A stretch of 54,050 nt of DNA, filler included, from Ionaspis alba (Eukaryota), in the NCBI GenBank assembly GCA_964255285.1. It is 2 parts of 2 records of this genome, joined end to end, with 100 filler letters (N's around TTAATTAATTAA, not from the genome) between each part and the next. Parts side by side here need not be neighbours in the genome. Positions count along the whole stretch, not along the records: positions 1 to 27,025 come from CAXUUL010000140.1; 1 more part is not named here. One strand, 5' to 3'. The position numbers and the translations under genes are program-made. The notes beneath the pieces are model-generated. The model made no database searches and was not told the origin of the DNA. It saw nothing but the letters and a program-made list of their open reading frames with translations. Of the stretch, positions 13,001-26,049 are shown piece by piece (the stretch's first letter is position 1; each line of letters begins with the position of its first letter).

Positions 13001-14790
13001 CTTGGTGGCTCAAGGAGGTATGCTTGTGCTGTGAGACTTGGTAATCGGATGAGATATAGAAACATTGTAGAGAAGCGGCCAAGAGCGACATTCTTATACA
13101 TGAGGGTTCGTTCTGGTCTCTCGGTCCAGCTGAGGCGATGCTTGTCACCACTGTCACCACACGAAGAGGGCAAGTCGATCCTCGATGCATCTAGGAGGGC
13201 GACGGAGGTCCAAGACTCTGGTGGTGAAGGGCGGCGCCGCTCCAGATGCCGGACGGCGAGGGATGTGCTCGTAACCATTTTGTGGTTGTACGTAAACGAT
13301 GTGTAGGGTAGGAAACATGCGAACGAAACGTCCGAAAGCCGGCTGGTCAGGCTGACGTGTATTTGACAGCTGAAGGAGGCCACCATGTGGAATAATACAC
13401 ATGGCGTGGTTCAAGTGCAAGCGAAGGCGTTCCGGCTTTGCTCACACGGACACGAGAAGGAGTCCCGAAATGGAAATGGCATTCGAAGAGAGGGAGGGTT
13501 GGGGGCGCAGTAGAACGAAGGATGCAAGTGGTATCATTGGGTGACACGACGTTAGTATGAGGCACCAGCGGGCTGCGCTTGTGGGGAGCATCTGCTGCCG
13601 CTAGCAGAGTGGGATGTTCAGCCAGGGGTCGAGATCCTCCCTAGGGTGCCAGGCAGATCGACCGGATGAACTTTATTCTTCTCCTCCGACCCAGGCGACA
13701 ACATCTTCTCGGCTACTGCCTTGGCGCGTCTCTTGGCGCGTCTCTTGGCGTTTACCGGAAAGGCGGTAATAGGTGGTCCTTGCATACCAGCACTTCATCA
13801 CCCTTCCAACCCAACCTTCTTCCCACTCCATCGCCGCCTTGCAACCCTTCCAGTCCTCGTGTTGGCCATGCCTCCATCCTGCTTGCGCCATTGCTTAGTC
13901 TGCAGCATGATTTTCCTGTTGCAGCTCTGGGCTAGTCATGCTCGGGGAATTATCTCGTTGTCGGGAGCGAGGCTTGCCAGCGGTTGCCGGTTCCAGAACA
14001 GTGATGGATGGGGGAGCCCGTTCACTGACTTTTGGCCCGACGTACGCACCGAGCTCCTGCGCTGGCGATAGCCGCACTGAGGCGTCATTGAGTTCACGCG
14101 TGGAGAGTCTACCATCGCCAAGTATCAGACAACATCGACCGCAACGATGACAAGTACACTATGGCCGCCGAAAAAGACCCAAAGATTCGGTAACAAGGTT
14201 CGCTACTCAGCAGTAGCTGCGTCTTCGAGACTGCTGATGCTTCGTCCCTCGTTTGCCACGACGTTACCGTAGGCTCTAGAGGAGGAGGGGGCCTTCTGCT
14301 CCCAATTCCCTCACCCTGGTCGAGAGCTCTCGGATTTGCAACCATGCACCTCGGAATTGATCATCTGTTCGGATCCAGATCGAGTCATGTTTCTCACCAT
14401 GATGCTTTGATATGTTTGTATCCACAATTTCTGTACAACCCATGTTTCAGTCTCTCCTATTCGCTGTGTTTTTGACCAGCCGCGAGCATCCTTCGGCTGT
14501 AGACTTTCCTCATTCAATATACTGTATCATTCGGGAAGTGGAGAAGTGAACATCATGAGAATTGAGGAATGGATCTATTGTCCAGACCCTGGCAGGGGGC
14601 CAAGGACTGTCTATATAGAGTCGGTCAGATGTCCTCCTTATCTGATCTTCAGCAGACAACTCTCTCAATCTCGCTCTCAAGCCCTTGATTCTTCTTTACC
14701 AACCAGCGCGTTTGCAACACCGTTGTGGTAAACTGAATTGGCTTTTTGTCATTCGTTGCCTGTTCGTCCATCAGACGACCTACTGTCGTT
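13001..14790. promoter_or_regulatory. Bidirectional promoter with 9 PacC consensus sites (GCCARG)
   Basis: GCCARG on + strand at 13078, 13621, 13648, 14117, 14599. On - strand (CYTGGC) at 13720, 13732, 13744, 14588. Confidence 0.6.
13720..13750. repeat. 12-bp tandem repeat (CTTGGCGCGTCT) x about 2.6, each copy containing GCCAAG on the - strand
   Basis: cttggcgcgtct cttggcgcgtct cttggcg read directly. Confidence 0.9.
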
Positions 14791-16859
14791 ATGTCTCGTC
14801 TGGTACTTTCGTCCTTGTTGTACGCAACAGGCGTACTGGCTGGCATAAACCCATGGCTGTCTCCTGTGTGAGTTCTCTGTTTTGTGATTGTCTGATATTG
14901 GTCTCATGATCTTTAGATACCCCGACATCTTCGGACATCCGCTGCCAATAATGCCCAGCCTAGCACCAGCCACCACTTATACCAACACTACTAGTGGCAA
15001 AAGCATCGACTACTACGAGATCAATATTGAGGCATTCGAAGCCCAGACATACCCCAATCTTGGCACCACTAGCTATGTCGGGTACGTCGGCATTTCCTCT
15101 TGTGCTACGCAGCCACATAGCTAATAGTGTCTTACTTAGGTATAATGGCATTGCTCCCGGACCTACCCTTCACATGACGAAGGGTCGTGAGGCTGTCGTT
15201 CGCTTTATCAACAAATACGATCGACCTTCCTCGATTCATCTGCACGGATCGTATAGTCGAACCCCTTTTGACGGATGGGCGGAAGATGTCACCAATCCCG
15301 GACAATCCAAGGACTACTATTATCCCAACGCTCAACCTACTCGCACTCTCTGGTACCACGATCATGCCATCGGAATCACTGCTGTCAATGCCTACTTTGG
15401 ACAAGCCGGCTTCTATATCCTCCATGACCAAGCTGTCGAGGACAAGCTCCAGCTCCCTCAAGGCAAATACGACGTTCCATTGATGCTGGCAGCCAAACAG
15501 TTCCAGGCCAACGGCAAACTTGTGTCCCCTGAGCTCGAAAGAGTGTCTCTTTATGGAGATGTCATCACTGTAAGCGCATACTCATTTCTTGGTCATTACG
15601 TGGACATCTATCTTCACTTGCAATCCATTAAGCGCAGACTGCTAACACTTTTTCAGGTTAATGCTCAACCATGGCCATACCTCAAGGTTGAGCCCCGCAA
15701 GTACAAGTTCAGACTTTTGGATGCATCCATCAGTCGTACCTACAGCCTCTACTTGACTGCCGACAATAATCCCGCCACTCGACTGCCATTCACCGTTGTT
15801 GGTGCCGATGCAGGCTACCTCGACCATCCAGTGCCCACCAGCTCCTTGGTCATTGCGATGGCAGAGCGCTACGAGATCGTGATTGACTTTGCTCAGTTCA
15901 AAGGACAGAACCTGACTCTTGGCAATGAGAGAAACTTCCAGACCAACCCAGATTTCCCAGCTACTGACCGCGTATTGCGATTCGTTGTTGGCGACACGGT
16001 GACCGATCCTAGCAACAATGGTCCCCTCCCGGGTCATTTGTCTGATCTCGCCATCCCAGCTCAGCACCCCACTGTTGACCACGAATTTACCTTCGAGCGA
16101 AGCAATGGACAGTGGCTCATCAATGGTGTTGGTTTCGAGGATGTTGCCAATCGTATTCTTGCCAAGCCGAAGCGAGGACAAGTGGAGAGATGGCGATTGA
16201 TCAACAAATCTGGTGGATGGAGCCATCCTATTCATATTCATCTCATCGATTTCCAGGTCGTCTCAAGAGCTGGAGGACGAGGCTCTGTTATGCCATACGA
16301 AGCTGCAGCACTCAAGGATGTTGTTTACCTCGGTACGAACGAACAGGTCGAAGTCATCGCCAACTATGCACCGTGGGGTGGTATGTCATCCCTTTCCTCC
16401 TCTCTAATGTCTTTTACTAACTCGGAACCAGGAGTTTATATGTTCCATTGCCACAACTTAGTGCATGAGGATCATGATATGATGGGAGCCTTCAATGTCA
16501 GTTCGATTGACCTCAAGCCTTTCGGTTATGACGATAAGGTTATTCTTGAGGATCCCATGACTCCTTTGTTCCGTGCCAAACCCTACACTGGAACGGACCT
16601 GAATACCGTCAAGGGTGTGACGCTTCCAGCGTTTGACCAACTCAATGCATACCCAGATGCCAAGATTGTCGACGCGGCCTTAGCATCCTTCTACGCCGCA
16701 GCGGCCGCCACTCCAGCGCCGGCAGGAGCTGCCCCAGCGGCTGGCACTGCAACTACACTGGCTACCTCGGTCAAAGCATCGTCTACGAAGACCTCTACTG
16801 CGGCAGCTCCAACAGCAACAGTGGCCAGGAGAGGACGAAGAGCTGCTCGCATGGAGTAG
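14791..16859 (+). CDS. Secreted multicopper oxidase, bilirubin-oxidase/CotA-like (607 aa, 5 exons)
   Basis: Exons 14791-14867, 14917-15081, 15140-15569, 15657-16380, 16432-16859. Signal peptide MSRLVLSSLLYATGVLA. All four Cu-binding motifs present: IHLHG, LWYHDHA, GWSHPIHIHL, YMFHCHNLVHEDHDMM (Met axial ligand). FDGWAED and YYYPN are typical of fungal bilirubin oxidases. Ala/Thr-rich C-terminal tail. Confidence 0.93.
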
Positions 16860-17748
16860 GACGAGATCTACGAGTCATGACTCAGCAACGCGATGATGTT
16901 CATGCCCATGGGCAATGAGTTAACGATTTTGGAGGATACATCTGGGCATTAGGTGGCGAAGGATCCGGGGCAAGCATTGCTTGGCGTTCTACCGTCTACA
17001 CACTCCTTCTTTTGGTCGCGACCACTCTAGCATCTACTCTTTTTTTTTGGCTTGAAGATAGTCCGGTCTTGTAATAGTGTCCTGTTACCCATCTTCACCT
17101 TGAATGGAGACAAAGTCTTTCTTGACACGATCAAAGTGACTTCACCGACCGTGACCATTTTGACTGTGTTTTCGTTCTAGAGCTGAACAAGCCTCTTTTC
17201 CAAATCTTTGAGAACCTAATCTGCAATCCCCACAAAACTAGATAACGCTATTTGACGCTTCGGAAGACTCCTTTCGAACTCTAAATTGGCTAGTGGCCAT
17301 TGCAACTCGTTCGCACGTAAGAGCCGTCGTGTATCGATCAGATAACTTTACCGCGCTAACGTAATCAACAACACTATCGTGTCTCCCTTTCTGTGTACTG
17401 TAGACCATCGTATATCTGATCGACTATCTCCCGCTCTTCCTCCCCCCAGGACTAAACCAACCAGCTAGCTCAGCTCGCCACAAATCCCAGGGAAACCCTT
17501 CCAGCCCCGCCACAATGGGTACTAGCTTTTTGAGATTGGTGCATTCTGTTTAAGCTCACACCACTGATCATCGAGCCTCCCAGCCGCACATTCGACCTGC
17601 ATAGCCCCGGCACTCCAGACCCAAGACATCGCCACACCAAAGAACCGATTGGCCTTTGGCGCGCGGAGTGACGGATGCGCTTGCAAAAGGAAATGGCCCG
17701 AACGGGATGCCCAGCTCTAATCATAGATCTAGATCTGGTTAGGGCAAG

Positions 17749-18910
17749 ATGGGCTCGGATCTTCTGGAGCGAGGAAAGAAAGCTACAGTACAGCCGGGCG
17801 AGTCAGCGAAAACTGAATGGCTGACCATTTCACATCATGAATGTCTACGAGTCATCGTTGACGACAAGAGTGACATTGTTGTTTGACATGTCTTAGATCT
17901 TGTCTCAGATGGTTGGAACGCATCGCAGACAGATTGACACCGGCACTGCTCGGGAGTCTGCGACGGCGTGGTTACAGATGACTTCACGACGATATTATTG
18001 GAAAACTGGGCTGATGCGACCATTCCGAAAGCCGACAACTACGATGATTCCGAAGCCTGTAAGACGGCGAGCTGGATTGGGCACTGGCAAGCGAGCTGAA
18101 GGATTGAGTCGTTGGCCATCGTGTGCCCAGCTTTAAGACATATTGACGAGAACGACCGGCGCCGCAAACGTGGCAAATCTAGGCCAAGACAGTGGGATGA
18201 GGGGTACAACTGTGGCTTGACTGGCGAACGGCGATTTCCAAAAAGGCTTCAACCACGGAATGCATCCATTCAACGCCAGCCAGGCTGAACGACCAGAAGC
18301 TTGATTGTTGTTCTTGTTCTTCCACGTTTTCTCCCTGGAACAAACGATGGGATACCGGTCGGATGGTCAATGGTACGCTGTAATACACTCGAGAAGATGT
18401 GCTAGACGATGTTCCAGTACCACGTCTCTCTGCAGAATGCACTACAGTAGACTACACTACTACTCGTCCCACTCCACTGCTACCTGTGTCCACCACGTCG
18501 ATGGTTCCCTAACCAGCCTCTAGGACGATGAGAAAACATAAAGTCAAAACCAAGAAGGAACACCCAAAGTTCCTCCTAGTGACAGATACGACATCACCAC
18601 AGAAGGACGTTCGAAAATACCCCTCGCAAAAGATGCATCCAGAATGCAGGTTCCCCCCACATGTCCCGAGCCTCGAATAGCGACCACGAGGTTGCTACCT
18701 ACTGCGTCTACCAGGCACACCCACCATGCTGTAAGGGGCAAGATGTCGGATGTAACCCCGGGTGCCCATTCGCCAAATACGCCCATTCCCGGCAGAACGC
18801 AACAGCCTCGTGCGAAAAACGACCTGCGGCTGACAGCAGGCCGGATGACTTGGCGCTCGTACAGCTGTCAGCGCAATTTCGCGAATTGGGATTGGACTTC
18901 GTGTTGGTAA
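17749..18910 (+). pseudogene. Possible decayed RING/IBR (RBR)-type gene remnant
   Basis: A long frame from 17749 has only sparse stops. Cys-rich relics LDCCSCSSTF..., VPRLSAECT and KRCIQNAGSPHMSR (compare RING2 K.CP.C...IQK..GC.HM.C) lie in different frames. Confidence 0.25.
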
Positions 18911-19215
18911 GTCTGACCGTATCGATTCGGGGCTGGAATGACCTATGGATGGTCGATGATTGGTAGGCTGTGATGGTACGGACTGTTTCGGGGCATCGCA
19001 GTCAGACGACTGCGCCTGTGAGGATTACCACCACTTTTTTTTTTGTTTGGGTGCTTGGAAGTCTGGATTCAGAAAGCTTCGTGCTGGAAACGGCCTTTCG
19101 ACTCGAGGCTGGCCCTCACCAGTTACAGCACTACCAGTCCGTTCAGATCCTCCCTTCAGAAATACATATATCGCAAACATGCCTTTCCGATCTGTTCCCC
19201 ATCAACTCTGCAACC

Positions 19216-20419
19216 ATGTCTCCACTCACCCTCCTTCTCGCTGCCCTCGCCGTCTTCCTCCTCCCGCTCCTCCCCTCCGCCATCCNNNNNNNNNNCCGCC
19301 ATCCCCCTCCCCACCCCTCAAAGCAACGACGGTTCCGACCAACCAGTCCTAATCGGTGACCTCGGTCCTCCCTTCGGACCGACCACTGCAACCGGCATGT
19401 CTGTCACCAACATCCTCCTCGGCAGCGAATCCGGCCAATCCAACGTCACAGCTCCGAAACCCTCCAAAGCCGACTGTGCCAAAAACCCCTGCTGCGTCTG
19501 GTACGACGTCTCCCGCGACCTGACGGACATGTTCCGCGGGCCGACAGGCCGCTGCAACAACAACGCCCGCGCCGCCATCCGCCTCGGTTTCCACGACGCG
19601 GGAACCTGGTCCCGGAGTCTGGCGAAAGCAGGGCAGGACTTCGGCGGCGCCGACGGCTCCATCATTCTCTTCAACGAGATCGCCCGGCCCGAGAACCGCG
19701 GCCTCGAGGACATCATCATTAAGATGCGCAAACTCGGTCTCAAATGGAACGTCGGCTTTGCCGACCTCATCCAATTCGCCGCCCAGCACGCAACCGTCAC
19801 TTGTCCCCTCGGTCCGCGCGTTCGCGTCTTCGTCGGCCGCAAAGATGCTACCCAAGCCGCGCCTGATAATCTTCTCCCCGACGTCCATGCCCCTGCTGCC
19901 GATCTCATCAAGCTCTTCCGCGACAAGACGATCGAGCCGCATGATCTCACGGCGCTGTTGGGCGCGCACTCGACCAGCAAGCAGTTCTTTGTCGACCAGA
20001 CGCAGGCCAAGGCGTCCCAGGATACGACGCCGGGGGTTTGGGATGTTAGGTTTTATAATGAGACGTTGCAGGCCGACGGGCCGAAGAAGGTGTTCAAGTT
20101 CGATAGCGATGTGAAGTTGTCGACGTATCCGGATACGCAGCTGGAGTGGCATATGTTTGTGGGGAATCAGGCGCATTGGAATGATGTGAGTATTTTTGTT
20201 CATTCATTTTTCTTCTTCTTCTTCTTCTTCTTCTCTTCTTGTGGTTTGGCTGTGAATGGCTTGGCTGACTTTGTTTTGTGGTAGGATTATGCGAGGTCTT
20301 ATACGCGGTTGAGTCTGCTGGGTGTCAATAATATTAATAGTCTTACGGAGTGCACTGTTGCGCTGCCGATGCCGCGGCCTTTCTTTCCGGGCAAGGACCT
20401 GCCGGGATATGAAGAATAG
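19216..20419 (+). CDS. Secreted class II (AA2) heme peroxidase, ascomycete generic type; spans a 10-N gap
   Basis: Signal peptide MSPLTLLLAALAVFLLPLLPSA, then N-gap 19286-19295 with an apparent frameshift. Distal RAAIRLGFHDA, GGADGS, RPENRGL, CPLGP, GRKD, proximal LLGAHS, DTTPGVWD. Intron 20186-20284. Last exon DYARSYTRLSLLGV..LTECT..LP. Confidence 0.88.
20209..20233 (+). repeat. (TTC)n microsatellite in the peroxidase intron
   Basis: About 8 consecutive TTC units. Confidence 0.85.
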
Positions 20420-20430
20420 ATGTTTTGATG

Positions 20431-20640
20431 AAAGCGATGCATTGGATGGCGCTTTGGAGGTTTTATTCGAAAATTAATCGGAGCANNNNNNNNNNNNNNN
20501 NNNNNNNNNNNNNNNNNNNNNNNNNNNNNNNNNNNNNNNNNNNNNNNNNNNNNNNNNNNNNNNNNNNNNNNNNNNNNNNNNNNNNAAAGCGATGCATTGG
20601 ATGGCGCTTTGGAGGTTTTATTCGAAAATTAATCGGAGCA
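20431..20640. other. 100-N assembly gap with a 55-bp sequence duplicated on both flanks (probable contig overlap)
   Basis: aaagcgatgcattggatggcgc...aattaatcggagca occurs at 20431-20485 and again at 20586-20640, either side of Ns 20486-20585. Confidence 0.9.
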
Positions 20641-21158
20641 ATGGCTTGATACCCAGGAGCTTGCCAGATGATTAGATGTATATAATGTTAAAATTATAAT
20701 AATTATTGTCGAGTCTATCTATCTGGCCAACTTCCTTGTATCGCTGCTCGCTCTTATATGTTTAACTGTACCACTCAGTTGAAACCAAACATCTACGCCG
20801 CCCGTACTATCCTATACTTCTCTAGTATTCGGGCTGGAGCAAGATATGCACGGTGAAAGAGGTCTTCAGCCTCTCACTATCTCGACTGTCAATGGATCAT
20901 GGTAGATCTACTTGAAGTCGGCTCCAAAGCTCTTCAAATCACAGCTCAAGGCTTCAAAACAGTAGCTCACGGCTGCGTCGAGTACTATCGGTTGAAAATT
21001 AGGGTTTGATCTTAACCCACACTGGGATCTCACGATCACACCAGAAGCTCAATAGAAGCATTCATGAATGCCAGACTGCTCTCCTTTTTTGATGCAGACC
21101 ATACTATCTATCTCTATCCGTGCCATACGCCATGCGAGTAGAGGTTATCCACCACTTA

Positions 21159-23652
<2,494 letters not shown>

Positions 23653-23859
23653 AAAGGTGGGTACTTGTAGGTATTTGCTTCGTCCGTTCGCAAGGTTCAA
23701 GTCAAACCGTTTGCTCATGTATCAGAACTCGCTTACGAAACTCAAGATGGCGCTAATCCCTGAATGGCATAATTCAACAGTTGCCCGAGGCCTTCGGAGT
23801 AGGGATCCAAATTTACATGAAAAAGATAACCCGTACGGTAACTCTTATCAGGAGGTGTA

Positions 23860-24095
23860 AAGGTTACTGTTAAACTAATATCCTATATTAGGGTTAGTTC
23901 CTCCACCAAGACAAGCTAGGGTTATAGAGCGTATTGGTTGATCCGACCTGACCTATCAATTAATTAAGGTAAAACAGTCAATTGTTTTATTAATTAGTTT
24001 AAAGGATTGGATTAGGTAGACAATTAATTAAATTAAGAAACAATATTAATTGTTGTTAATTGTTATCAATCAATTAATTATTGCAACACGCGCAG
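23860..24095. mobile_element. AT-rich, RIP-like degenerate repeat or MITE-like remnant
   Basis: Sharp AT/TpA enrichment (caattaattaaattaag, caatcaattaattattgcaacacg). Weak inverted ends GAGCGTATTG (about 23927) and CAACACGCGC (about 24084). Confidence 0.4.
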
Positions 24096-24392
24096 TCAGA
24101 ATGATTGTGTGTGTAAAGTTGTCCGTTCAGTCCTCCAAAAAGGAGGCTGTAAACTACATACTAGTAAACTAGAGGTCCTTCGCCCCTTCTACCATAACAT
24201 CAAGATTGAGTTTGGCTCTATTTTTAAACCCATTTCTTTTTAAAATTCTATGATATCATTTGCGAATAGAATTTTCGGATATCGATGCAACCCCTGCTTT
24301 CCCATTCCTGTCTTCCCCCCCTTCCCATTTTCCCTTAACAGATTTCTCCTCTTATCCTCCTATCTCCATTGCACAAATTCATGGCCACAGAT

Positions 24393-25364
24393 TTATCTGA
24401 ATTCGGCTGTCTGCCTCCTGCAATACTCCACGAACAAAGCCGCAATGCCAGTGCCTCCCTCTTCTTTGCTTTTCAGAGCATCTAGCAAGTCCTGGCGCGG
24501 GTTCGGGTGGAGGCGTCCCCATGGAACAATGTACTTGCCTCCATCCTCGATAACTAGATCTGGTGAGAATGCTGCCCAAAGCTCCGTGTACGCTCCCATC
24601 CTAGGCTTGTACAGCAATGGAGCAGCGAGTATTGGGACAATGCGGGGCAAGTGCCGGGTCAACGCGGTCTTCAGGTTGCCTGGGTTCTGGGTCACACTCA
24701 GGACACCCTTGGAGCCTATCTGCCGTGCCAGTGCATCAGCGAGGAACCAGTTGCCGGTTTTGGAGGTCGTGTAGTTCTTCTGTGGATCGGCAGGCGGGCT
24801 CTCAAGGTCGGCAAGGTCGAGGCCACTTTCCGGCGCGCCAATGTCCGTTGTGATAGATGAGGTCCAGACTACTCGCACTGCACCTGGGTTTGTTGCCTGG
24901 GCCGTGCGAGTAAGTATTGGAACGAGAAGCTGCGTGAAGAGATAAGGTCCGAGGCAGTTTGTGGCCAATTGAAGTTCTTGGCCCTGCGCTCCGACAGAAC
25001 CTTTCGGTGGGTTGGAGATGCCGGCGTTATTGAATAAGACATGAAGATTTGACTCGGACGCTGTGAACCTCTCTACCGCAGGTTTTATTGTGGCCAAATC
25101 ATCGAGTGTGATGGAAAGAAATCTCAATATTCCAGGCGATGCCGTGGGTTGAACCTTGATCGTAGATATGGCGCTTTGAGCATCTGCCTCTGAACGCCCC
25201 GCCATGTACACCTTAGCGCCCGCTTGGTAGAGAATAGCACATAGCTCATAACCAACGCCGGAAGCACCACCAGTCACGATGAAGACTTTGCCATCTTGCC
25301 GCGGCAAGTTCGTTTCGGTCAATCTGGGAGCGGGCGGGAAAAATTGCGACCAAGTAGCGCCCAT
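24393..25364 (-). CDS. Short-chain dehydrogenase/reductase (retinol-DH/WWOX-like), intronless, 323 aa
   Basis: Likely start MGATWSQFFPP at 25364. Rossmann TGGASGVG, NNAG, TNCLGPYLFT, catalytic YTTSK, NPGNLKT. Confidence 0.9.
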   Translation of the reverse strand: MGATWSQFFPPAPRLTETNLPRQDGKVFIVTGGASGVGYELCAILYQAGAKVYMAGRSEADAQSAISTIKVQPTASPGILRFLSITLDDLATIKPAVERFTASESNLHVLFNNAGISNPPKGSVGAQGQELQLATNCLGPYLFTQLLVPILTRTAQATNPGAVRVVWTSSITTDIGAPESGLDLADLESPPADPQKNYTTSKTGNWFLADALARQIGSKGVLSVTQNPGNLKTALTRHLPRIVPILAAPLLYKPRMGAYTELWAAFSPDLVIEDGGKYIVPWGRLHPNPRQDLLDALKSKEEGGTGIAALFVEYCRRQTAEFR

Positions 25365-26049
25365 GTTGTGTACGCAGCGGTGTAATATGGTACTGGCTCC
25401 AATCTTCAGAACGAGAAGCCTCAAGACGCTGACGTACATCCGTCAATAATGGGAGAGGTGGGGGGCCATTATTACGCGCAGCACCCGGACATTTAGAGAC
25501 GATTCTTTCGAGTCCAACAAAACGTTGCGTCGATAGAGTCGTTCTGGCTCTGTGATATGGGTGAGGTTGAGGCTGTGGTTGTGACAGAACAGCGCGAATG
25601 AACTAGAAGGTAGATGAGGGTTGGCTGGCACTAGCCCATTGCTTGGTGGAATAGATTGATGGCTGTGGATCCTCTATGCGAACTATTACAACCCCAGTGC
25701 TCGTCATATCGTGTCGTGCCTTATCGGGTAAATAGGTGAACGGTGCAGGTCGGGGTCTGGGTAGATGGGCGAATGGGACCTTGATTGATCGGAAAGTCGA
25801 GTACTGCAGAGCCCGTGGGTTACACTGCTTTTCAGTTTGAATGGATCAAACAGGTGGATCACACCTCAACTGCTCCTCCAGCCTTGGAGCTGGCCTCCCT
25901 TCCCTGCGCCTCTTTCCTTGATCAATTCCACAAGCAAATGTTCAAATGGTTGGCCATGATGTTCGAGGACCTGGCTTCTGGCAAAAGTGATACATCTATC
26001 ACCGCAATTATCATTGACTTAGTCGGCGCTGCAAGTTGTATCTGATTTC

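Noticed and set aside
13720..13750. Short repeats here and at 26929-26969 as a CRISPR-like array
   Set aside because: Eukaryotic DNA; units are directly tandem with no spacers.
19286..19295. Frameshift in the peroxidase suggesting a pseudogene or programmed frameshift
   Set aside because: It coincides with a 10-N placeholder of unknown true length.
19540..19600. Calling the peroxidase a manganese peroxidase
   Set aside because: The acidic Mn-binding residues expected before the distal Arg are absent (NNNARAAIR).
19318..20203. Long antisense ORFs (230 and 284 aa) over the peroxidase, and similar ones over the MCO, its partner, the Sec7 gene and SPT10
   Set aside because: Shadow ORFs caused by GC-rich codon bias; no motifs.
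20431..20640. 55-bp direct repeat that could suggest an LTR or mobile-element end
   Set aside because: The copies abut a 100-N gap exactly; best explained as an unmerged contig overlap.
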